Source: Antedon mediterranea (Eukaryota > Animalia > Echinodermata). Taken from it: a stretch of DNA of 64,000 nt. Of this stretch, positions 53,201 through 64,000 are shown one piece after another. The notes below the pieces were generated by a model. It saw only the letters and a program-made list of their open reading frames with translations. It was not told the origin of the DNA and ran no database searches. The position numbers and the translations under genes were made by a program. The stretch lies in NCBI RefSeq assembly GCF_964355755.1, contig NW_027306095.1, positions 62,001 through 126,000 of the forward strand. The letters are read 5' to 3'. Within the stretch, counting starts at the first letter, position 1; the number at the start of each line of letters is the position of its first letter.

Positions 53201-54540
53201 AGACGTTTTAGACAATTTTGTGCATTTCGATGAAACTTTTCACACAAAAACATCAAAGTGCACAAAATAGCTTCAAATCGCATTTAGAGACGTTTTAGAC
53301 CATTTTGTGCATTTCGATGAAACTTTTCACACAAAAACATCAAAGTGCACAAAATAGCTTCAAATCGCATTTAGAGACGTTTTAGACCATTTTGTGTATT
53401 TCGATGAAACTTTTCACACAAAAACATCAAAGTGCACAAAATAGCTTCAAATCGCATTTAGAGACGTTTTAGACCATTTTGTGTATTTCGATGAAACTTT
53501 TCACACAAAAACATCAAAGTGCACAAAATAGCTTCAAATCGCATTTGGAGACGTTTTAGACCATGTTGTGCATTTCGAAAAAACTTGATTACACAAAAAT
53601 ATCAAAGTGCTTAAAATCACATTTGAAACCGTTTTAGACAATTTTGAGCATTTCGATAAAACTTTTCACACAAAACATTAAAGTGCACAAAATAGCAAAC
53701 TTTTTACACAAAACATCAAAGTGCACAAAAGAGCTCCAAATCGCATTGGGAGACGTTTTAGACCATTTTGTGCATTTCGAAAAAACTTTTCACTCAAAAA
53801 CATCAAAGTGCATACAATAGCTTAATATCGTATTTGGAGACGTTTTAGACAATTTTGTGCATTTCGATGAAACTTTTCACACAAAAACATCAAAGTGCAC
53901 AAAATAGCTTCAAATCGCATTTGCAGACGTTTTAAACCATTTTGTGCATTTCGATGAAACTTGATTACACAAAAACATCAAAGTGCTTAAAATCACATTT
54001 GAAACCGTTTTAGACCATTTTGAGAATTTCGATAAAACTTTACACACAAAAACATCAAAGTGCACAAAATAGCTTCAAATCGCATTTAGAGACGTTTTAG
54101 ACCATTTTGTGTATTTCGATGAAACTTTTCACACAAAAACATCAAAGTGCACAAAATAGCTTCAAATCGCATTTGGAGACGTTTTAGACCATGTTGTGCA
54201 TTTCGAAAAAACTTGATTACACAAAAATATCAAAGTGCTTAAAATCACATTTGAAACCGTTTTAGACAATTTTGAGCATTTCGATAAAACTTTTCACACA
54301 AAACATTAAAGTGCACAAAATAGCAAACTTTTTACACAAAACATTAAAGTGCACAAAAGAGCTCCAAATCGCATTGGGAGACGTTTTAGACCATTTTGTG
54401 CATTTCGAAAAAACTTTTCACTCAAAAACATCAAAGTGCATACAATAGCTTAATATCGTATTTGGAGACGTTTTAGACAATTTTGTGCATTTCGATGAAA
54501 CTTTTCACACAAAAACATCAAAGTGCACAAAATAGCTTCA

Positions 54541-54911
54541 TTCATTCATTCTTTCTTGGAGATCCAAGAAACATTTATTATATATGGCCTTTGGCCCAAA
54601 TAATATACAATGTAATATATGTTAAATAAATATCAGTTGAGTGCGTTTAAAAATTCTGTTCTACGTTTAAATGAAAAAAATAAATATTTTCCAAGTTTAA
54701 CAATAAGATCAGTATTTGTGGCAGACATAAGATGAATATATTTTAATTTAGTTGGGTTGTTTGTATAAAAGGAAAACATAAATTTAGTTCTAATATCTGA
54801 ATAAAATGGACAAACTAAAGTGAAATGATATTCATCTTCAATTGATTGTAAAGCACATAATTTGCATAATCTTTCATTTTTATTTATACAATTCCATCTT
54901 CCTTTTTCAAT
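54541..54911 (-). mobile_element. 5'-truncated LINE 3' end, copy 2
   Basis: Same 371 bp and same junctions as copy 1 (TTCA at 54537-54540 and 54912-54915), offset 51,386. I see one substitution (C3232 vs T54618, in the 3' UTR), and the translated ORF is identical. Confidence 0.88.
54633..54911 (-). pseudogene. C-terminal fragment of LINE ORF2, copy 2
   Basis: ORF 54633-54923 translates identically to 3247-3537; the start codon is satellite-derived. Confidence 0.8.
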
Positions 54912-57900
54912 TTCAAATCGCATTTGCAGACGTTTTAAACCATTTTGTGCATTTCGATGAAACTTGATTACACAAAAACATCAAAGTGCTTAAAATGTCA
55001 TTTGAAACCGTTTTAGACCATTTTGAGAATTTCGATAAAACTTTTCACACAAAACATTAAAGTGCACAAAATAGCTTTAAATCGCATTTGCAGACGTTTT
55101 AGACCATTTTGTGCATTTCGATGAAACTTGATTACACAAAAATATCAAAGTGCTTAAAATCACATTTGAAACCGTTTTAGACCATTTTGAGCATTTCGAT
55201 AAAACTTTTCACACAAAACATCAAAGTGCACAAAATAACTTCAAATCGCAATTGGAGAAGTTTTAGACCATTTTGTGCATTTCGAAAAAACTTTTCACAC
55301 AAAAACGACAAAGTGCACAAAATAGCTTCAAATCACATTTTGCAGACGTTTTAGACCATTTTGTGCATTTCGATGAAACTTTTCACACAAAAACATCAAA
55401 GTGCACAAAATTGCTTCAAATCGCATTTGGAGACGTTTTAGACCATTTTGAGCATTTCGATGAAACTTTTCACACAAAAACGACAAAGTGCACAAAATAG
55501 CTTCAAATCGCATTTAGAGACGTTTTAGACAATTTTGTGCATTTCGATGAAACTTTTCACAAAAAAACATCAAAGTGCACAAAATAGCTTCAAATCGCAT
55601 TTAGAGACGTTTTAGACCATTTTGTGCATTTCGATGAAACTTTTCACAAAAAAACATCAAAGTGCACAAAATAGCTTCAAATCGCATTTAGAGACGTTTT
55701 AGACCATTTTGTGCATTTCGATGAAACTTTTCACACAAAAACATCAAAGTGCACAAAATAGCTTCAAATCGCATTTAGAGACGTTTTAGACCATTTTGTG
55801 CATTTCGATGAAACTTTTCACAAAAAAACATCAAAGTGCACAAAATAGCTTCAAATCGCATTTGGAGACGTTTTAGACCATTTTGAGCATTTCGATGAAA
55901 CTTGATTACACAAAAATATCAAAGTGCTTAAAATCACATTTGAAACCGTTTTAGACCATTTTGAGCATTTCGATAAAACTTTTCACACAAAACATCAAAG
56001 TGCACAAAATAGCTTCAAATCGCATTTGGAGACGTTTTAGACCATGTTGTGCATTTCGAAAAAACTTGATTACACAAAAATATCAAAGTGCTTAAAATCA
56101 CATTTGAAACCGTTTTAGACAATTTTGAGCATTTCGATAAAACTTTTCACACAAAACATTAAAGTGCACAAAATAGCAAACTTTTTACACAAAACATCAA
56201 AGTGCACAAAAGAGCTCCAAATCGCATTGGGAGACGTTTTAGACCATTTTGTGCATTTCGAAAAAACTTTTCACTCAAAAACATCAAAGTGCATACAATA
56301 GCTTAATATCGTATTTGGAGACGTTTTAGACAATTTTGTGCATTTCGATGAAACTTTTCACACAAAAACATCAAAGTGCACAAAATAGCTTCAAATCGCA
56401 TTTGCAGACGTTTTAAACCATTTTGTGCATTTCGATGAAACTTGATTACACAAAAACATCAAAGTGCTTAAAATCTCATTTGAAACCGTTTTAGACCATT
56501 TTGAGAATTTCGATAAAACTTTTCACACAAAACATTAAAGTGCACAAAATAGCTTTAAATCGCATTTGCAGACGTTTTAGACCATTTTGTGCATTTCGAT
56601 GAAACTTGATTACACAAAAATATCAAAGTGCTTAAAATCACATTTGAAACCGTTTTAGACCATTTTGAGCATTTCGATAAAACTCTTCACACAAAACATC
56701 AAAGTGCACCAAATAACTTCAAATCGCAATTGGAGACGTTTTAGACCATTTTGTGCATTTCGAAAAAACTTTTCACACAAAAACGACAAAGTGCACAAAA
56801 TAGCTTCAAATCGCATTTGCAGACGTTTTAGACCATTTTGTGCATTTCGATGAAACTTTTCACACAAAAACATCAAAGTGCACAAAATTGCTTCAAATCG
56901 CATTTGGAGACGTTTTAGACCATTTTGAGCATTTCGATGAAACTTTTCACACAAAAACGACAAAGTGCACAAAATAGCTTCAAATCGCATTTAGAGACGT
57001 TTTAGACAATTTTGTGCATTTCGATGAAACTTTTCACAAAAAAACATCAAAGTGCACAAAATAGCTTCAAATCGCATTTAGAGACGTTTTAGACCATTTT
57101 GTGCATTTCGATGAAACTTTTCACAAAAAAACATCAAAGTGCACAAAATAGCTTCAAATCGCATTTAGAGACGTTTTAGACCATTTTGTGCATTTCGATG
57201 AAACTTTTCACACAAAAACATCAAAGTGCACAAAATAGCTTCAAATCGCATTTAGAGACGTTTTAGACCATTTTGTGCATTTCGATGAAACTTTTCACAA
57301 AAAAACATCAAAGTGCACAAAATAGCTTCAAATCGCATTTGGAGACGTTTTAGACCATTTTGTGCATTTCGATGAAACTTTTCACACAAAAACATCAAAG
57401 TGCACAAAATAGCTTCAAATCGCATTTAGAGACGTTTTAGACCATTTTGTGCATTTCGATGAAACTTTTCACAAAAAAACATCAAAGTGCACAAAATAGC
57501 TTCAAATCGCATTTGGAGACGTTTTAGACCATTTTGAGCATTTCGATGAAACTTGATTACACAAAAATATCAAAGTGCTTAAAATGACATTTGAAACCGT
57601 TTTAGACCATTTTGAGCATTTCGATAAAACTTTTCACACAAAACATCAAAGTGCACAAAATAACTTCAAATCGCATTTGGAGACGTTTTAGACAATTTTG
57701 TGCATTTCGATGAAACTTTTCACACAAAAACATCAAAGTGCACAAAATAGCTTCAAATCGCATTTGGAGACGTTTTAAACCATTTTGTGCATTTCGATGA
57801 AACTTGATTACACAAAAACATCAAAGTGCTTAAAATCACATTTGAAACCGTTTTAGACAATTTTGAGAATTTCGATAAAACTTTTCACACAAAACATTAA

Positions 57901-60525
57901 AGTGCACAAAATAGCTTTAAATCGCATTTGCAGACGTTTTAGACCATTTTGTGCATTTCGATGAAACTTGATTACACAAAAATATCAAAGTGCTTAAAAT
58001 CACATTTGAAACCGTTTTAGACCATTTTGAGCATTTCGATAAAACTTTTCACACAAAACATCAAAGTGCACAAAATAACTTCAAATCGCAATTGGAGACG
58101 TTTTAGACCATTTTGTGCATTTCGAAAAAACTTTTCACACAAAAACGACAAAGTGCACAAAATAGCTTCAAATCGCATTTGCAGACGTTTTAGACCATTT
58201 TGTGCATTTCGATGAAACTTTTCACACAAAAACATCAAAGTGCACAAAATTGCTTCAAATCGCATTTGGAGACGTTTTAGACCATTTTGAGCATTTCGAT
58301 GAAACTTTTCACACAAAAACGACAAAGTGCACAAAATAGCTTTAAATCGCATTTAGAGACGTTTTAGACAATTTTGTGCATTTCGATGAAACTTTTCACA
58401 AAAAAACATCAAAGTGCAAAAAATAGCTTCAAATCGCATTTAGAGACGTTTTAGACCATTTTGTGCATTTCGATGAAACTTTTCACAAAAAAACATCAAA
58501 GTGCACAAAATAGCTTCAAATCGCATTTAGAGACGTTTTAGACCATTTTGTGCATTTCGATGAAACTTTTCACACAAAAACATCAAAGTGCACAAAATAG
58601 CTTCAAATCGCATTTAGAGACGTTTTAGACCATTTTGTGCATTTCGATGAAACTTTTCACAAAAAAACATCAAAGTGCACAAAATAGCTTCAAATCGCAT
58701 TTGGAGACGTTTTAGACCATTTTGTGCATTTCGATGAAACTTTTCACACAAAAACATCAAAGTGCACAAAATAGCTTCAAATCGCATTTAGAGACGTTTT
58801 AGACCATTTTGTGCATTTCGATGAAACTTTTCACAAAAAAACATCAAAGTGCACAAAATAGCTTCAAATCGCATTTGGAGACGTTTTAGACCATTTTGAG
58901 CATTTCGATGAAACTTGATTACACAAAAATATCAAAGTGCTTAAAATCACATTTGAAACCGTTTTAGACCATTTTGAGCATTTCGATAAAACTTTTCACA
59001 CAAAACATCAAAGTGCACAAAATAACTTCAAATCGCATTTGGAGACGTTTTAGACCATTTTGTGCATTTCGAATAAACTTTTCACACAAAAACATCAAAG
59101 TGCACAAAATAGCTTCAAATCGCATTTGGAGACGTTTTAGACCATGTTGTGCATTTCGAAAAAACTTGATTACACAAAAATATCAAAGTGCTTAAAATCA
59201 CATTTGAAACCGTTTTAGACAATTTTGAGCATTTCGATAAAACTTTTCACACAAAACATTAAAGTGCACAAAATAGCAAACTTTTTACACAAAACATCAA
59301 AGTGCACAAAAGAGCTCCAAATCGCATTTGGAGACGTTTTAGACCATTTTGTGCATTTCGAAAAAACTTTTCACTCAAAAACATCAAAGTGCATACAATA
59401 GCTTAATATCGTATTTGGAGACGTTTTAGACAATTTTGTGCATTTCGATGAAACTTTTCACACAAAAACATCAAAGTGCACAAAATAGCTTCAAATCGCA
59501 TTTGCAGACGTTTTAAACCATTTAGTGCATTTCGATGAAACTTGATTACACAAAAACATCAAAGTGCTTAAAATCACATTTGAAACCGTTTTAGACCATT
59601 TTGAGAATTTCGATAAAACTTTTCACACAAAACATTAAAGTGCACAAAATAGCTTTAAATCGCATTTGCAGACGTTTTAGACCATTTTGTGCATTTCGAT
59701 GAAACTTGATTACACAAAAATATCAAAGTGCTTAAAATCACATTTGAAACCGTTTTAGACCATTTTGAGCATTTCGATAAAACTTTTCACACAAAACATC
59801 AAAGTGCACAAAATAACTTCAAATCGCAATTGGAGACGTTTTAGACCATTTTGTGCATTTCGATGAAACTTTTCACACAAAAACGACAAAGTGCACAAAA
59901 TAGCTTCAAATCGCATTTAGAGACGTTTTAGACAATTTTATACATTTCGATGAAACTGGATTACACAAAACATCAAAGTGCACAAAATTGCTTCAAATCG
60001 CATTTGGAGACGTTTTAGACCATTTTGTGCATTTCGAAAAAACTTTTCACACAAAAACGACAAAGTGCACAAAATAGCTTCAAATCGCATTTGCAGACGT
60101 TTTAGACCATTTTGTGCATTTCGATGAAACTTTTCACACAAAAACATCAAAGTGCACAAAATTGCTTCAAATCGCATTTGGAGACGTTTTAGACCATTTT
60201 GAGCATTTCGATGAAACTTTTCACACAAAAACGACAAAGTGCACAAAATAGCTTCAAATCGCATTTAGAGACGTTTTAGACCATTTTGTGCATTTCGATG
60301 AAACTTTTCACAAAAAAACATCAAAGTGCACAAAATAGCTTCAAATCGCATTTAGAGACGTTTTAGACCATTTTGTGCATTTCGATGAAACTTTTCACAC
60401 AAAAACATCAAAGTGCACAAAATAGCTTCAAATCGCATTTAGAGACGTTTTAGACCATTTTGAGCATTTCGATGAAACTTTTCACACAAAAACGACAAAG
60501 TGCACAAAATAGCTTCAAATCGCAT

Positions 60526-63500
60526 TTAGAGACGTTTTAGACAATTTTGTGCCTTTCGATGAAACTTTTCACAAAAAAACATCAAAGTGCACAAAATAGC
60601 TTCAAATCGCATTTGCAGACGTTTTAGACCATTTTGTGCATTTCGATGAAACTTTTCACACAAAAACATCAAAGTGCACAAAATTGCTTCAAATCGCATT
60701 TGGAGACGTTTTAGACCATTTTGAGCATTTCGATGAAACTTTTCACACAAAAACGACAAAGTGCACAAAATAGCTTCAAATCGCATTTAGAGACGTTTTA
60801 GACCATTTTGTGCATTTCGATGAAACTTTTCACAAAAAAACATCAAAGTGCACAAAATAGCTTCAAATCGCATTTAGAGACGTTTTAGACCATTTTGTGC
60901 ATTTCGATGAAACTTTTCACACAAAAACATCAAAGTGCACAAAATAGCTTCAAATCGCATTTAGAGACGTTTTAGACCATTTTGTGCATTTCGATGAAAC
61001 TTTTCACACAAAAACATCAAAGTGCACAAAATAGCTTCAAATCGCATTTGGAGACGTTTTAGACCATTTTGTGCATTTCGATGAAACTTTTCACACAAAA
61101 ACATCAAAGTGCACAAAATAGCTTCAAATCGCATTTAGAGACGTTTTAGACCATTTTGTGCATTTCGATGAAACTTTTCACACAAAAACATCAAAGTGCA
61201 CAAAATAGCTTCAAATCGCATTTGGAGACGTTTTAGACCATGTTGTGCATTTCGAAAAAACTTGATTACACAAAAACATCAAAGTGCTTAAAATCACATT
61301 TGAAACCGTTTTAGACCATTTTGAGAATTTCGATAAAACTTTTACACAAAACATTAAAGTGCTCAAAATAGCTTTAAATCGCATTTGCAGACGTTTTAGA
61401 CCATTTTGTGAATTTCGATGAAACTGGATTACACAAAACATCAAAGTGCACAAAATAGCTTCAAATCGCATTTGGAGACGTTTTAGACCATTTTGTGCAT
61501 TTCGAAAAAACTTTTCACACAAAAACGACAAAGTGCACAAAATAGCTTCAAATCACATTTGAAACCGTTTTAGACCATTTTGAGAATTTTGATAAAACTT
61601 TTACACAAAACATTAAAGTGCACAAAATAGCTTTAAATCGCATTTGCAGACGTTTTAGACCATTTTGTGCATTTCGATGAAACTTGATTACACAAAAATA
61701 TCAAAGTGCTTAAAATCACATTTGAAACCGTTTTAGACCATTTTGAGCATTTCGATAAAACTTTTCACACAAAACATCAAAGTGCACAAAATAACTTCAA
61801 ATCGCAATTGGAGACGTTTTAGACCATTTTGTGCATTTCGATGAAACTTTTCACACAAAAACGACAAAGTGCACAAAATAGCTTCAAATCGCATTTAGAG
61901 ACGTTTTAGACAATTTTGTACATTTCGATGAAACTGGATTACACAAAACATCAAAGTGCACAAAATTGCTTAAAATCGCATTTGGAGACGTTTTAGACCA
62001 TTTTGTGCATTTCGAAAAAACTTTTCACACAAAAACGACAAAGTGCACAAAATAGCTTCAAATCGCATTTGCAGACGTTTTAGACCATTTTGTGCATTTC
62101 GATGAAACTTTTCACACAAAAACATCAAAGTGCACAAAATTGCTTCAAATCGCATTTGGAGACGTTTTAGACAATTTTGTGCCTTTCGATGAAACTTTTC
62201 ACACAAAAACGACAAAGTGCACAAAATAGCTTCAAATCGCATTTAGAGACGTTTTAGACCATTTTGTGCATTTCGATGAAACTTTTCACACAAAAACATC
62301 AAAGTGCACAAAATAGCTTCAAATCGCATTTAGAGACGTTTTAGACCATTTTGAGCATTTCGATGAAACTTTTCACACAAAAACGACAAAGTGCACAAAA
62401 TAGCTTCAAATCGCATTTAGAGACGTTTTAGACAATTTTGTGCCTTTCGATGAAACTTTTCACAAAAAAACATCAAAGTGCACAAAATAGCTTCAAATCG
62501 CATTTGCAGACGTTTTAGACCATTTTGTGCATTTCGATGAAACTTTTCACACAAAAACATCAAAGTGCACAAAATTGCTTCAAATCGCATTTGGAGACGT
62601 TTTAGACCATTTTGAGCATTTCGATGAAACTTTTCACACAAAAACGACAAAGTGCACAAAATAGCTTCAAATCGCATTTAGAGACGTTTTAGACCATTTT
62701 GTGCATTTCGATGAAACTTTTCACAAAAAAACATCAAAGTGCACAAAATAGCTTCAAATCGCATTTAGAGACGTTTTAGACAATTTTGTGCCTTTCGATG
62801 AAACTTTTCACAAAAAAACATCAAAGTGCACAAAATAGCTTCAAATCGCATTTGCAGACGTTTTAGACCATTTTGTGCATTTCGATGAAACTTTTCACAC
62901 AAAAACATCAAAGTGCACAAAATTGCTTCAAATCGCATTTGGAGACGTTTTAGACCATTTTGAGCATTTCGATGAAACTTTTCACACAAAAACGACAAAG
63001 TGCACAAAATAGCTTCAAATCGCATTTAGAGACGTTTTAGACCATTTTGTGCATTTCGATGAAACTTTTCACAAAAAAACATCAAAGTGCACAAAATAGC
63101 TTCAAATCGCATTTAGAGACGTTTTAGACCATTTTGTGCATTTCGATGAAACTTTTCACACAAAAACATCAAAGTGCACAAAATAGCTTCAAATCGCATT
63201 TAGAGACGTTTTAGACCATTTTGTGCATTTCGATGAAACTTTTCACACAAAAACATCAAAGTGCACAAAATAGCTTCAAATCGCATTTGGAGACGTTTTA
63301 GACCATTTTGTGCATTTCGATGAAACTTTTCACACAAAAACGACAAAGTGCACAAAATAGCTTCAAATCGCATTTAGAGACGTTTTAGACCATTTTGTGC
63401 ATTTCGATGAAACTTTTCACACAAAAACATCAAAGTGCACAAAATAGCTTCAAATCGCATTTGGAGACGTTTTAGACCATGTTGTGCATTTCGAAAAAAC

Positions 63501-64000
63501 TTGATTACACAAAAACATCAAAGTGCTTAAATTCACATTTGAAACCGTTTTAGACCATTTTGAGAATTTCGATAAAACTTTTACACAAAACATTAAAGTG
63601 CACAAAATAGCTTTAAATCGCATTTGCAGACGTTTTAGACCATTTTGTGCATTTCGATGAGACTGGATTACACAAAACATCAAAGTGCACAAAATAGCTT
63701 CAAATCGCATTTGGAGACGTTTTAGACCATTTTGTGCATTTCGAAAAAACTTTTCACACAAAAACGACAAAGTGCACAAAATAGCTTCAAATCACATTTG
63801 AAACCGTTTTAGACCATTTTGAGAATTTTGATAAAACTTTTACACAAAACATTAAAGTGCACAAAATAGCTTTAAATCGCATTTGCAGACGTTTTAGACC
63901 ATTTTGTGCATTTCGATGAAACTTGATTACACAAAAATATCAAAGTGCTTAAAATCACATTTGAAACCGTTTTAGACCATTTTGAGCATTTCGATAAAAC
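60526..64000. repeat. Local duplication, 2239-bp spacing
   Basis: GAGAATTTTGATAAAAC at 61582 and 63821; ORF pairs 60526/62765 and 61211/63450 are offset by 2239. A related segment lies at ~31460-32200. Confidence 0.75.

Larger units (their letters stand above)
50226..64000 (+). repeat. 87-bp satellite array, block 5 (orientation A), interrupted by a LINE fragment at 54541-54911
   Basis: Orientation-A monomers continuing past the window end. Confidence 0.98.

Noticed and set aside
922-63779. About 70 short ORFs (MRFEAILCTL..., MSISIKLFTQ..., MSKTSPNT... and similar) as a repeat-protein gene family
   Set aside because: They are translations of the 87-bp satellite in several frames and on both strands. 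They switch strand with array orientation, are broken by frameshifting indels and resemble no domain I recognise.
1-64000. CRISPR-like or other repeat-spacer array
   Set aside because: The sequence between the conserved or palindromic motifs is itself repeated, so there are no unique spacers. There are no cas-like genes, and the context (satellite plus LINE) is eukaryotic.

Overview
The window is almost entirely one eukaryotic AT-rich (~33% GC) tandem satellite array with an 87-bp monomer (consensus ACTTTTCACACAAAAACATCAAAGTGCACAAAATAGCTTCAAATCGCATTTAGAGACGTTTTAGACCATTTTGTGCATTTCGATGAA), roughly 750 copies by estimate. The array switches orientation four times (7704/7705, 15970/15971, ~32757, 50225/50226), giving five alternating blocks. 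The switches at 15970 and 50225 are the same spacer-less 32-bp palindrome, copied by a ~34-kb-spaced duplication. The only non-satellite DNA is a 371-bp 5'-truncated non-LTR retrotransposon 3' end (CR1/L2-group-like, minus strand), present twice (3155-3525, 54541-54911) at the same monomer position. A matching empty site lies at 19934-19937. Private variants reveal a recurring higher-order cassette of variant monomers, several kb-scale duplications and one diverged patch (~46.3-47.3 kb). Nearly all ORFs in the track are artefacts of the 87-bp (29-codon) period. I see no intact gene, CRISPR array or novel protein-coding system; what is interesting here is array architecture and history. All comparisons were made by eye, so duplication boundaries are approximate.
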